Shown: one piece after another, positions 1 to 14,725 of the stretch
How the letters are laid out: each line of letters starts with the position of its first letter
Numbering within the stretch: the first letter of the stretch is position 1
From: Aplysia californica
Lineage: Eukaryota
NCBI RefSeq assembly: GCF_000002075.1
Contig: NW_004797684.1
Location: 381,870-445,869 of the forward strand
Reading direction: 5' to 3'
Length of the DNA: 64,000 nt
The notes under the pieces: model-generated
Told to the model about the DNA's origin: nothing
Databases searched by the model: none
The model's input: the letters and a program-made list of their open reading frames with translations, nothing else
Program-made: the position numbers and the translations under genes

Positions 1-751
1 CCCTCAGTTCTTACACCTCTCGCACTGAATAGGTCTACTTGAGCCATTCAAGTTATTACACTAATATTTCTCTACTTTGAGTTTGAGCAATAGTTTTCGT
101 CTTCACGTTTATTATATGAATCATGACACCCTGACTGGTTATTGACAATCGATATTCTAATTCTAGGTCTTTTCTCAGGCTCACAACAGGATTCATTTTT
201 TAATAGGGCCTATAGTTTATGTAGGCTAATATGATGAGGGGAAAATGTAAATAAGTAAGAACAGACTGAAATACCAAAGTCACACAAGATCCCAGTGCCA
301 CACTTGACTGGATATAGTGTACCTACATGTGTGTGTGTGTGTGTGTGTGTGTATTCACAAACATATACCTATATTAGATATAAATGGAGCACATGCTGTC
401 ATTGTTATGTAACACGCCCCTGGAAAATGGATGAGGCCCCTCCCTTTTTGAGAAGCTGGGTTGGCAGTCACCCAGCATTATAGTCATCTGTTTGAAGACT
501 ATACTACAAAATGTACATTTACATTCATTTAAAGACATTTTGACTTTTTACCATTGATTGGTGGGCTTTTTGGGGGATCATTCTTACGCGCAGTGACCTA
601 ATTTTTCCCTTGAATTGGGGTCTTGAAAAAAATTTCCAGGATTTGGTGGGGACCCTGTTTGACCCAAATCCACCCCCAGCCTCACGAGCATCTTCCCATA
701 CCATGTCTAATAGAAAAAAATTATGAATTTAATTATAACCCATGCATGCAG

Positions 752-1000
752 GTGTCCCCAGTGATGTTCTGCCACATGTGCAGATGTTGGAGTCGAACCG
801 CCCGGGACAGAGACACAAGGACAAGGAGGATGAGGAGGAAAAAGCTGCGGCAAAGCGAGAAGAAGCGAAGGAAGAAAACTTGGTGAAGGAGGAGGGACGA
901 GAAAAGGGCGTTGTGAAGGCTGCTGTGTACAAAAGCTACTGGCTGGCTGTTGGCACCTGTTTGTCCCCTAGTGTGTTGCTGGCACTCTTTTTTATGCAAG
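752..1000 (+). CDS. ABCC10: ABCC10-like exon (linker / start of TMD2)
   Basis: cag|GTGTC acceptor, AAG|gtgagt donor; LVKEEGREKGVVKAAVYKSYWLAVG. Confidence 0.85.
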
Positions 1001-4000
1001 GTGAGTGTGTGTGTGGGTGTATGTATGATGGTGTGTTGATCCATGTGTTTATTTGAATATGTGTGTGCATGTGTCAATGTGTGTGAGTGCATGTGTGTTT
1101 TATTGGGGGGTTTGTGTGTTCGTGTATAACTCAATGAGTAATAGCAAAAAACGTATTATAAGTGACAATTCTTTGATTTCTCATGCCAGAAAAGTTCCCC
1201 TTTTATATCAGTTTGGTTTCAGTGACAGTTTTACAGCACTTGCAACACAATAAGTTCATGTAAGTGCTGAAGATTAGAGGTGTTGCAAGAGAGTAACAAA
1301 CATGAAAAAAAGGAGGAGGAGAGATCAGGATGATAGATGTTTTGGTAGTAAAGAAGAAGCAAACCATACCAGAGAACTGACCAATCACCCGCTTTTATAT
1401 TGTATGAATAACAGCTGGTATTTGCCTAAAATGCTGCATCATTGAATGTGCTTAGGGGCCAGATATGGTCGGCTGGAATATACTAGCCAGCTTAGGGAGT
1501 TATTGTGAAGCTGCGTGAGCCTTCTATCGGAGGAGACCTAGTAATGTAATGAAAACTTTTGTTTATTTTTTATTAGAATGGTGCAGAAGAAAGGAGCACA
1601 ATGCTGAAAGTAGCCTGCTTCTGTTGTGTTGTGGAATGCTTCAGCTTTTTCGCTCAAAAAACGTGAATTCGAATCACAAGTGTGAAAGTGTTTTGTTTTT
1701 AAAAAATCAAATATCTCCTCGTATTTGGTAGTAGGATATTGCATATCCCTCTCAGCTCCGGTTGGCCCCGACAGACATTGTAGAAGCAGTCCACCTCTTA
1801 GATGATCTGAATTTGATTGGGGCAATGTATAAACATTTACACATTTTTGGACAGAAAAAAACGAACTGAGAACTGATGTCGGCCTTGACAATGTCCTCAG
1901 CTTCTCGCAACTTGACTGACTGGTGGCTGGCATTCTGGGTGACACACAGCCAAGACTCCAGTCCTCTCAACTCATCTGTACCTGCTGTCATCTGGCCTGT
2001 GAGGTAACAGAGAATTTGTTCTGCCATGGAGTGATTTGTGTGATTTTGGAGTGCATTGGTCTTAAAAATGCCATTGTTATTCAGTTGTTTTAAATATTTG
2101 TTTGTTCAATATCAGTATCATGTTAATTTGTTGTATTTATTCCGTATTGCTATGGTGTTTCTTGTTTCTGATGCTTCTGTTTGTTTATTAAGATAATTGT
2201 TGTGTTCAAGAGTTGTAAAGCTTAAAATATGTGATAAAGATAGTCATGGAATTGTACAGCTGACGAGATGTATAGTACTTTCTGCTCAATACCTGTTATT
2301 GTCTATGGAATGTGCGAATTTGTGGTCTTTAGACGTAAAGGATTCAGGACAAATCTTTTGTAATTTCAGCAGGTTGTTACTTGTAGATTTTTCTCCATTT
2401 AGTTATGGGTTTTTTTCTTAGCAGTTTTGAGATTTATGACCTAAGTAGATGTTACGCGGTGTGATATTCTTCTTCTTTTTTTTTTTTTCAAAGCAGAAAG
2501 GACTTTGAATTGTGCCTAAAAAATAAAAATTTACCTACTGCTGTTTTCACATATTTCATGTTTTATTTTGTTCATAGTACTGTAAAAATTTCCCTCTTGA
2601 GCTTTCCAGCTTGTGAGAAAACATTTTACATTGATTCTGCGGTGACAATTCCATTTCAGGAATATACCTGCCCAGAATTTGTCCAGCGGCTCAGATAACC
2701 TCAACTTCTACTTGGGTATTTATGGAGGTCTTGCTGCGTGTAACTCCATCTTTACACTGATGAGAGCTTTCATGTTTGCATATGGTGGGGTCAAGGCAGC
2801 GACTGTCATTCACCAGCGTCTTCTGAAAGCCATACTGAAGGTACTGGGGAAAATTGCACTACTGGTTTGCTTAGGAATGCCAGTTGAGCATTTAAAGTCT
2901 GTCTCTGATATTGATTTGTATCTAATAGTAATTTGTGAGGGTGTTTACTCTCATCAGGTAGACTTGGAGATATGTTAAATGTACGTAATTTTAACCTATT
3001 TCAGAAAAGTGGCTTGTTGCTGGAGGTTTTTGTGTGGTCTGCTCATTTTACTTCTTTCAATATTTCTATGGTTCTTTAATGTTCCTTGTGATATGTTATT
3101 GGAAAGAAATGGAAGTAGTGCGCATCCCTGACCGTCAGATTACTACATTCATTGTTGACATTGCTGCTTGATCTCGGAAAGGCTTTGTTCTCATAATTTC
3201 TACCTTATAAGTGACCACTGTGATTATTTATCTTTGATTCATCATTTTAATGAACATTTGTTGGCCCAGTGATGTCAGCGTTGCTGTATCTAATTTAAAA
3301 AGTTAGCTTTGTTCATTTTGAAGAGATACTAAGCATTTCTCTTTAGGTCAAATATACATGGTTAAAGTTGTATTTCTCAAATGTAGTTGGTGCACCCCTC
3401 ACTCACATGTGATCATATCTCAAAAACTGTTTGAGAAATCTGAACAAAAAAATGTATTTAAAAACAAACAACCAATCATCACGAAAGATAATTCTGTGCA
3501 GAAATGCGTTAGACTAAAAATATTGAGAAATGACCCTTGTGTGCCCTTTTCCCGGACACGCACATATTTTTTCCCTTTCAAAAGTATCTTTGACTGAATT
3601 GGGGAAGAAAAACTTCTTGACAACCAATTCTCTTCAAATATTTCATGATCTTACCTCACCCCAAAATTGATTTTGTCTTGATATACAGGCTCCCATGTCA
3701 TTTTTTGACATGACCCCTGTTGGCCGGATCTTGAATAGATTTTCGTCAGACTTGTACGCAGTAGATGACGGACTACCTTTCATCCTAAACATCTTCCTGG
3801 CACAAACCTATGGCATTCTGGGTACTCTGGTGATCACCTGTTATGGCCTGCCTTGGTTTACCATCTCACTAGTCCCAATGGCTGTGATCTATTATAAAAT
3901 ACAGGTGAGTGTCAATCCCTTCCTTTTTCCTCTCTTAAGTGTAGGGCGAAGTAGAATAAAAACCTTAATCCTCTGCCAAGTGTTTGCCACCTTGTGAGAT

Positions 4001-7000
4001 GTGTGGTTGGGTGGGATGTGACTTATTTCCCATCACCATTCAGTCGATGTTTCCAGTTTATCTGCTTACTTCTTTTTACTAAATGGAAGGATTGATCACC
4101 ATGTGTGAATTGGAAGAACATGTACTTGCCAGTAGTAGATTAATGCCTATTCAGGGTGCTATGATATACTTATGATGTTAACTTTAACTAGAAGAACTGC
4201 ATGGCTTTTTAAAAATTTCAGCTACTTAAATTGGAAACACTGCGAACATAAAATTGATCTAGTAGATTGGTCTTTACAGAACTTCCTGCTTGAAAAAAAG
4301 TGACCATAACATTCCTTATTTATGCTTTTTAGTGTTTGCTGATCCTTGTAGAACATTATGGGCTTAAAATTATTTAGGGTTTTTCTTTATTCCTCTTCAA
4401 CGCAATTTTGTAATTTATTTTTAAACCCTTATTCCAGCACATTCTGTCAGTTCAATACAATAATTCCCTCAGAAATAACTCCAGTATCCAACTTGCCATG
4501 GGAATTCCGTCTGCAAGTTTCAAGTCTAAAAGTGTCAGGTTAAAGTTATATATTAGTATGTGAACCTCAACAAAACCAATAAACCGTGCATTAACGTATT
4601 TTTATTTTGAAATATAAATATTATCAAGTTCAAGGCTTACAGAGTAACATTTCTGTGTCATCCCCCCCCATCTTTTACATACAAGAGGTATTTTAATTTA
4701 TTTAGGATGAAATTTGGGTCTGATAACATTCAATAAGCATTCAGTCCTGAGCATGTGTGCATTTTATGTCAACAGCATTATTACCGTCACACATCTCGTG
4801 AGCTCAAGCGTCTATCTAGTGTGTCGCTGTCGCCGATCTATAGTCATTTCTCTGAGACCATCATTGGTTTGACCACCATCAGGGCCATGCGGCATTCTAC
4901 CAGGTTAGTGGTTTGAGTCTTTGCTGCGAGTTGGGTGTTTTGCATTTCTTTTTGTTATTTCTATCGAATTTCTTGTAAATAGTTGTGGGAAATTGTAGAG
5001 CGAAATTGAAGTATTAAAAATTTTTATGTTTTTTAGGAAAGTTGTTTTAGATTGAAAATATTTATTTACACAGAATTTGAAATATTTTAACGTTTTAAGA
5101 TCTAATGACCCGCACCCAGCTGTACAGTGAACTGCGAATAAAGCTAACTTGTGTTTCGCGCACTCATATGACCTTATGCAGTTGCGAGCACCATTAAACC
5201 CCATACTAAAAAAAAGTTTTAAATATATGCTCATATTGATGCCTCTCAATGCAATTTGGACATTTTAAGAGGTGGGTCAATCCTGTACATTTGGGCCAAC
5301 TTTGATGGTGTGGGATACAACATAGGTGGTTGGAGAGTGCTCTGGTGTGGTTTGCTCCTTCTTTCCTATCAAACATCTATTGTCCTTATCTTTCCTCCTT
5401 TTTTTTGTTTGTTACACTCTTGTAACACCTCTAATCTTTGGCACCTATGTGACCTAATTGTGTTGCAAATGCGGTAAAACACTTACTAACGATATAATTA
5501 CTTCCTTATACAGGACTAAAACTCATGTCCTATGCATTCTATTCGGAAGAGCCTTCCTATTACTCCACATCTGCTGGTCTACTGTCTGGATTGCTCTCCT
5601 GATATTTTACAATTTTTAAGTTAGTGTGCTGCTGATTAATTCGTACAAACCATTTCATGCACATTTGCTGAACATTGAGAAAGTACTTTTTTTTAAATGT
5701 CTTTTTCTTTGCTTGACACCTTTTTCTTCCTGTATGCTCAGGTTACAATTAGTTGTGTTGTTCGCTCTTGATATTGATTCGTTATTCGTGCAAACCGGTT
5801 TGTGATCACTGAGTTAAATGATTCTCTAATATCATCCGCTATAGTCCCAGTGTATATCACTGATCACCCTGAGTTGGGCACTTTGGGCACTCGTGGGTCT
5901 GCAATTCATGGCTGTGTGACCCACAAGGCCTAACGAGGGGCTGGCTATGTTGCTGTGTCAGTCCTTCACAGATTGTGACATTGTGATGTCATAAATGAGC
6001 AAATGAGTTCACCTGAACGCACTGCCAAGATCAGCGTCACTGGCTCTGCTCCCTTGCTCACTCATGTCTCAAATTAGCCGCTACTTCATAAGTGAGTAGC
6101 AAATAATGAACCTCTGGGATGTACCGATAAACCTTTGCCCACATGCAGTCTGATATAATATTTGAATAATTTAGTTTAATTGCTCGTTTATTCGTGCACA
6201 TTAGAAATGAGCGCTCATTTATTTACGAAATACAAATGTGCAGTTAAAACTCAAAACCAGTTTTTATGCATCTTTTATTTGCTTTAGGTTTTCCAAAAAT
6301 TTGGGTTTTATTTTCTGGCCTGACATCATTTTTGTTATCTTGCTTCGTGTAAATGCCCTCTAACTGATATTACAGCTTTGCTTTTCCTCACAACTTGATA
6401 GACTTTGCTAGGTTAGAGCTTTCCTGTCTTTCTGTGAGCTGTTTCCCTTAAACCATAAATGACCATTAATGTGGAGATGAGTTAGATTTTACTACTTCAT
6501 GTCCTCAACATCGTAAGTAAAAATTACTAACTCTATATGACCCTGTTTTACAAGATAAGTCAAAAGTATTTGTGAAGACCAATTTTTCTTAAAACCACAA
6601 TGTATAATTCATATTGTTGATGAGAAGAAAATGAGGAAATCTGTTTGGTCGTACTTAATGTGTTGAGGATAAAGAATTGCGAGTTACACATTTTTCTTGC
6701 GACAGCAATGATCTGTTCCGAATCAAACAAGTCTTTTCTGATTGAAAACTAATTACTATGAATTCTCTCTCTTTCGATTCTTTGTCCCTAGGTTCTGTCA
6801 GGAGAACATTGTTCGCCTTGACATGAATCAGAGGGCCCAGTACGCCACACAGTTATCGGCCCGCTGGCTCGACTTCCGACTGAGAATGCTGGGTGTTGCC
6901 ATGGTAACCTGTATCTCTTTTGTTGCTGTCATTCAGCATCAGCTGTCGTCAGTTAACTCAGGTGAATAGAACCAAAAAAAATGTTTTCCATTTACTGGCA

Positions 7001-10000
7001 GTGTTTATCAAATTCTCTTTGTGTGATGTCATGAAAGCTATGAAGGTGATGGGTTCATGTTTTTTATGTGCCTTAGAAGTCAAAGTAGCCACTATGGTTT
7101 GACATAATGATAGATACTTTTATTAACTGAAATTTATGTTGAACAAAAGGCCTATTTAAAATACTGTTTATTGCAACATGAGTCGGCTCGTAGGGTTCAG
7201 ACTATTGCTGTTATCTTAGGCAAGGTTTATTTATCTTAAGATAGTAAAAACGACAGGCAAAAAATGAGATCTGAGCCTTTGTTTAGGGTAACGATTTTGA
7301 TATATATTGTGAGGGGATAATAATATTATATTTTACTGGCATTTCTAATATATTGGTTAAGTGCTTTACCTTGCTTGAAAATGAAGTGAATTCAATCCTG
7401 ACATTCCTTCCATGATTTTTTCAGGCTCTGGACAGAATTATTTTTCCCTGTTCAGTTTTGGACCTGGGGTGCATCAATTTAATGCATTACTTTGAAGCTC
7501 TAAGTTACTTTAATATGTATTGTCATATACCAAAACTGATGGGAATCAATAGAGGAATCTGTTTATATCAATAACAATAACCTATAATCTGTTTGTATTG
7601 TATTTTCCCTCAGACAAAAACGAATGGGGAAAGAAAATTGCGCAATACCTCTTCGAAAATTTCAACTTACCACATTTTCTCAGCTCTACAAGTCCTTATA
7701 ATCCATAGGAATCAACATAAAATTGTAGCGATTTCACCCCAGGACACATTTATGCAAGAATTTCACAAATTTAGTTGACTATCTTTTTTTGAAGGGCCTT
7801 TTTATTATACCAGGCTCCCTTAGATCTAGCCTACTTAGCGACAACAAAACGAACGATTTTTGCAAGAATTTCACGGAGTTTCAATCGATATTGGCACTCA
7901 GAGATTGAGGTCAGGCTTGTTTACAAGTTCTGCTTCCTTTCGACAACTTTAAAAGTAGGAACTATGTTTAAAAGTGCACATTTGTTTTGGATTTCGCTCG
8001 CATTTCGTTGAGCCGCTCACAGCAGTCGAATGGAGGCTGCGGAATAGAGCTGGATCCTGCTCACCAAATCTAAAAGTGGCGATTCGCGATTCAGTCGGCT
8101 TCAAAGAATCGCGAGCGCTCGCGGAACTGCGGTGGAACACTGACTGAAACAGAACAGTGTCATATCAACGCCACTTGGCGAGCGCGAGTCCCACTCTTGT
8201 TGTCCCACCGCCCCCCCCCCCCCACCCTTCGTTTTGCTGCTCTATCTACTGACCTCAGTTAGCAACTCCATAAATTCACCCGCCCCACCCTATGATTCGC
8301 TAAAACAATGGCTCCCTAAAATTCCTTCTGTGGATTATTTGGAACTTGTTCATTTTGTTTTAATAGGGGGGTTGGACTATTCCATCTTTTGTTATATAAG
8401 GGGAGCCATACTAAGTGTTCTGTTCCGTTCTTGCACTCGGGACTCAACTCAGCTGTAGGTTACAAACAAGCTGCAAGCAAGGTGGTGACATCTACAGGGG
8501 AGTGAATCGGACGGCGATACTGTTCCGTGTTCCGCTGAAGTGAATCGCAAATCAAGTGCCGCAGGGAAGAGCGGCGTTTCAGTTCCATTCTCGCACTCGC
8601 GACCCAGCTCTACTATGGAAAACCTCAGAGTCGCTGTCAGCGGCTGAATGGATGGAATCAGTTAAGATATTTTCAGTGCCTTTCCACTGATAAGTATCAT
8701 TCCATTGACTATGACAGGCAATTGCGAAGCAGTCTGCTTCCTTAATGACCTAAGTTGTATTGATGAAGCAGTGAAACATTTGCAAAAAAGGATCTTCATT
8801 TATTTTTCTGGGTATTTTGGGACAATTTTTTGTTTCTCATTCTTGCCTTTTATTTGATTATTCCCCAGGTCTTGTTGGACTGGCCATTTCGTATGCGCTG
8901 GCAGTGACGAACTTGTTGGGGGGCGTTGTCATGTTCTTCACGGAGACGGAGAAAGAATTTGTCAGTGTGGAGAGGTGTCAGCAGTACATCGTAGAGACTC
9001 CAGTGGAGAAGTGGAATGGAACCTTGTTTGTGAGTGTGTATGTTTTGTTGAATAGTTTTAAAAAACCAACTGACATCTGAAGTGTAGCGGTTAAGCTCTT
9101 TGCCTTTTCACAGAGAAGATAGTGGGTGGTTGGCAGGTGCTTTGGTGTGGTTTGCTTCTTCTTTTCTATCAAACATCTATCGTCTTTATCTCCCCTTTCT
9201 TCTTTTTTATGTTTGTTACTCTCTTGTAACACCTTTAATCTTCTGGCGCTCATATGCCCTTATGCAGTTGCGAGCGCCGTAAAACCTCTACATAAAAAAC
9301 CCCCAGAGAAGATATGAGTTCAATTATCTAGTGTGGAGGGGTTTTTTTGTTGGTTTTCTTTTTTTAGCGAGTATCTCCATCAGTATGCAATGATGTCGTA
9401 TCCCTGGCAGCCCAGGTCAGCCATGACAGGCACAATCAAATCAGGTTATAAGACCATGGCAGATAAGCAGTGCACCACAACACCAGAGACAGGGACCTTT
9501 TTGTTTTGACGTAAATAATAATAAAATAATAGATAAAAAGCATTTGTATAGCGCAAATCCTGCTCAACAGCAAGCTCTATGCGCTTCGCATTCTATACTA
9601 TTACCCCAGCAGACCTGAGAGGATTCTGAAGCAACCTCAACTTCCTGGAAAGCACACAGTGCAAGCAGCCATTTATTGGTGCTATAACACTAACATACTG
9701 ACAAGATCTTTTGCTTAGGAAAATTTGTGTAAAGTGCCTAACCCAAGGACACAACTTGGGCCCCCAGCTCGATCCCCCCGAACCCGCTACCTCATGATTA
9801 CGAGTCCGGTAGCCTAACCGCTAGGCCACCGACGCCACATGTGATCTTTTAAGATAAAAATCAATGGGTTTAGGGTAGATGAATATTTAGGGACAGGAGA
9901 TGCAACACTTCTAATGGTGAAACATCATGTCTGAACATCTACTATAATATACTTCTATGTGAGCACTCTCCTGTCTTAATGCAATTAGATAGAATAAGAT

Positions 10001-10019
10001 TAACTATGTGCTTTCACCA

Positions 10020-10095
<76 letters not shown>

Positions 10096-13000
10096 CTCAC
10101 TTTCTCTAGATAAAATACACAACGAAATGCTGTGCCACCTTGGTGCTAAAGGAAAAGAAGTTCTTCTTTCCCTGATAAACACCACGTGGAGAACGAGTGG
10201 AATACCAAAGGCATGGAGGATCGCCCAGATTACACCACTCCTGAAAAATGGGAAACCACCTGGAGAAGCGAAAAGCTACCGACCCATCTCATTAACATCA
10301 TGTATCGGTAAGCTTGCGGAAAGAATGATAAACAACCGCCTCTACTGGTACCTGGAAAATACTAACAGCTTAAACCCACACCAAGCAGGCTTCAGAAAAG
10401 GCAGCAACACAGAAGATCAACTTTTTAAACTGAGTCAAAACATCCAGGATGGATTTCAAGAGAGTAAACACACTGTCGCCATCTTTGTAGATCTCTAACA
10501 GGCGTACGACAGAGTGTGGAGAAAAGGCCTACTCATGAAATTGATGGACCTCGGGATACATGGCAAACTTTACAAATGGATCAAGTTCTTCTTGTCGGAT
10601 CGAAACATTGAAACCAAGGTAAACAATGCCCACTCGTCTAGAGAAGTACTCGAGGAAGGCCTACCTCAGGGTTCCTGTCTGGGTTGCACTTTGTTCCTGA
10701 TCTTCTTTAATGATGTAACGAACGTGCTGAAATCAGAAAAGACTCTTTATGCCGATGATCTTGCTCTCTGGCAGACACATCACAGCACGATAGTAGGAGC
10801 AGGGAAATTAAATGAAGACCTCAAGAGGCTCCATAATTACTGTCAGAAATGGAAACTTAAAATAAACTGCACGAAAACAGTATACACCATCTTCACGAAG
10901 AACCATAAAGCAGCCAAAGAAAATCTCAAACTAAAGATAGGAAATGAAAGTCTCCACAAAGAAGAACATCCAACTTACCTAGGAGTCAAACTTGACCATA
11001 AGCTAACCATGAAAAGCCAAGTGGAGAACATAAGGAACAAGGCAAAAAAAAGACTCCAACTTTTAAAGAAACTCGCAAGCAGTTCATGGGGGTCAGACAA
11101 ACAAACTTTGAGAGCTCTATACCTGGGTTATGTCCGATCTTCCCTGGAATACAGCAATAGCCTACTCACTATGTGCAGTACAACTACTTGCAACACCCTT
11201 GACAAGGTCCAAAACAATGCCCTTCTTTTTATAAATGGCGGCATGAGATCCACACCTACCGCCGCGTGCGAAATCCTTGCAAATGTTGAACCCCTGGGAA
11301 TCCGCAGAGATAAAGCAGTTTTGGAGCTACATGAAAGAACTAAAAGAAAGTGCCCCATCCACCCAAACAGGAAATTAGTAGAAACATGGAAACCAAAGAA
11401 ACGAATTCAACAAAAGTCAATCATGCATCACATCACAGAACAAATGGAGAGTCACCATCTACCACAAAATAGAAAAGAAACCAAAAGAGTCAACAAAAAC
11501 ATCCCTCCCCACCTTTCTTTAAAAAAGCCAATCATTACAACATCTCTCAAAGACAAGAGCACAAAATCTTCAGACCCAGTGACGCTGATGCTTGCATCAC
11601 ATCAAACAATCGACAGCTATTCAGATGACTGGATACACGTCTATACGGACGGCTCAGCATTCAAAGGCACAACCAAAGCCGGATATGGAATACTAATACA
11701 GTACCCAGATGGAAGTTCCTATGAGATCTCTGCAGCCTGTGGAGAGAAATGCAGCAACTACGATGCAGAAATGATGGCAATTGAAACAGCACTGTACCAT
11801 CTCCGCACAGTTTTTAACACTCATCCTGGAAAAGCACAGAGTATTGTGATTTTCTCTGACTCACTATCAGTATTACAAGCCATAGAAAATGACCATCACG
11901 TAAACCAAGATTTGACCCATATACTGTTTGGATCCCATCATCTGATAACATTCTGTGGCATCAACCTAGTAATGCAGTAGGTCCCCGGACACTCAGACAT
12001 ACCTGGAAATGACAGAGCAGACACACTCGCCAAACGGGGATCTAGACAGGAACAACCCAACATTCCAACTTCATACAACACTGCAAAACAAATCATCAAA
12101 AGCAACAACAAACAAGATTGGATGAACAGATGGGCCCTGGGAAAGACAGGCAGAGCAGTTTTCAAACATATGACCACAACAAAAAGGAATGACAATATCA
12201 ACCGCCTTCAGAGAAAGAAACAGACCACGATCTTCCGCCTACGAACAGAACATATACAGCTCAACTTCCACTTGAACAGAATAAACCCGGAACTTCCCCC
12301 AATGTGTCCCTTGTGTGACTATGCATATGAGACTGTGGATCATCACCTGTTCCACTGTACAGCCCTAAATGACATCAGAGCTACCCTTCTCCCACCGAGA
12401 CCTAACATTGACAACACACTCTATGGAACATTACAGCAACTGCAGCAGACCTGCACTTATCACTACATGGCATTGGACAGAAGGGAGAGAGCCCAGCTGT
12501 TGCTGGATTGATAACAACAACAACAANNNNNNNNNNNNNNNNNNNNNNNNNNNNNNNNNNNNNNNNNNNNNNNNNNNNNNNNNNNNNNNNNNNNNNNNNN
12601 NNNNNNNNNNNNNNNNNNNNNNNNNNNNNNNNNNNNNNNNNNNNNNNNNNNNNNNNNNNNNNNNNNNNNNNNNNNNNNNNNNNNNNNNNNNNNNNNNNNN
12701 NNNNNNNNNNNNNNNNNNNNNNNNNNNNNNNNNNNNNNNNNNNNNNNNNNNNNNNNNNNNNNNNNNNNNNNNNNNNNATTAAAATCTGTAATTATAGTTA
12801 ATGATCATAAGCACAAAAAGAAAATGAATTTTTAATGGACTGTAAATAAAATATTTTGGTTAGATATCCTTGTGTTTTTTACTTTTCTCTTTTCCTGCAC
12901 ACAAATCGTAATTTGGTGGGCGGTTTTCCCCCCTTTATCTCCCACCTGTAGCCCCCATCCGTCTGGCCCTCAGAGGGTGTGGTGGAGTTTGAGGATGTCT

Positions 13001-14663
13001 GTCTCCGCTACAACAACTCACAGGCCAGGGTTCTCAACGGCGTTTCCTTTAAGACAGAGCCAGGAGAAAAGGTTGGTATTGTTGGGCGTACGGGTGCCGG
13101 AAAGTCAAGCCTCTTCCTGTCGCTCTTCCGTCTGGCAGAGCTGAGTCAAGGTCGCATCATCGTTGATGATATAGTCATCAGCATGCTGGATTTGAATGAT
13201 ATAAGGTATGTGGATTCTGTGAATTATTGATTAAATTTAAATGTGCATGAATTTTAGTTTCAGTTTTTCACCCTTTTTAACACATTTTGAATTTTTTCAG
13301 GGGCATAACTTTAATATGAGCACCTTGTTTTAATTTTGATAAGGATAAAAAGAGGACTGGGAAACTTTAATTTGTTTACTCAAGGGTCAAGGGTATCATT
13401 TCCAGTGTCTTTTCAGCTGAAACTTGAGAAAGTTGCAGGGAGAAAGAGCTTAGATCTTGATTTGTGAGTTCATACTTATAGTGAAATTGCCAATGCACAT
13501 TATTCATGTGTAGTAGAGGAACAGTGGCTTTAGCCCATTTAGATGTATTGGAAGGACAGTTGCATAATATAAAATGTAGGGGAAGAACAGTGGTTGTAAG
13601 TGTTTTATGTCCCCATTGCCACAATGTAGAGAATTCAGGACCATTACAAAGACGGGAGGCGTGGACTCTTGACTGTCAGGGCCAACCGGGGCTGAATGAA
13701 ATACAGCATGCCAGCAAAAAAGATAGAGTTGAGATACTTGATAAAGTACTTCCGCACTTGGTGGTCAAATTCGAATCTATGCGTACAATGATGTTGAAGA
13801 GCCTAATCATTGCATTTTCTGACAGACATTGATATATTATGTAATAGATGGACAGTTATGTTGAACGTGGATAGTGTTTAGCATGTTATTGTAGACTCAT
13901 AGGTGACGTTTCTACTCTCAGGTCCAAGTTTGCCATAATCCCGCAAGACCCGTTCCTGTTCAGTGGCACCATCCGGCTCAACCTTGACCCTACCAGCGTC
14001 CACAGCGATTCCGATCTGTGGGCAGTCCTTGACCGCTGCCATCTGAGCAGCTGCGTAGACAGGATGGGTGGCCTGGAGGCAAAGCTTACTCAGCGCGGCC
14101 GAGAGTTTTCTGTGGGCCAGAGGCAACTGCTGTGCCTAGCTCGTGCTCTGCTCTCTCGGGCTAAGGTCAGGGCTTTTATAAGTTGTGGGGGGGGGGGGGG
14201 GAGAAAGAGATGGGGAAAGTCAGGAGGAGGAGGGGAAGAGAAAGCGGGCAGGGCGAGGAAGAGATACGAGGGAAAGAGAAAGAAAGAGAGGTTTGTATTA
14301 GAAAGAGTTTTACGACACTTGCAACACAATTAGATCATCTAAGTGCCGAAGATTAGAGGTATTACAAGAGAGTTACAGACACAAAAAAGAAAAAAGAGAG
14401 GTAACCATGATAGATAAGAGGGGTCCCATTCTTTATTTAAACTCAGAATGGATACTAGGCTGTCACCCAATCATTAGGGAAAAGCAATAAATGTACAAAA
14501 AATTATTGCAAGTAAGAAGAAGGAATTAAATTTATGCAATACTGTTGTTGTTTTCTTGTTTCCTTTTTGCTGACTACTTTGAATGCTATAATTTCAAGCA
14601 AAAATCTGAAAGTCAGTGGCACCACCGAATTATTGGATGATGATTTAGATATCACATGCGCGG

Positions 14664-14725
<62 letters not shown>

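Noticed and set aside
10109-12526. This LINE as the partner that mobilises families A and B
   Set aside because: Its 3' end goes from the stop codon directly into (ACA)n and lacks the shared stem-loop.
12369-12801. ORFs running through N gaps (also at 26872, 29291, 44053)
   Set aside because: Artefacts of assembly gaps.
13506-13832. 108-aa intronic ORF
   Set aside because: No recognisable domain, non-ATG start, and not needed for the ABCC10 reading frame.
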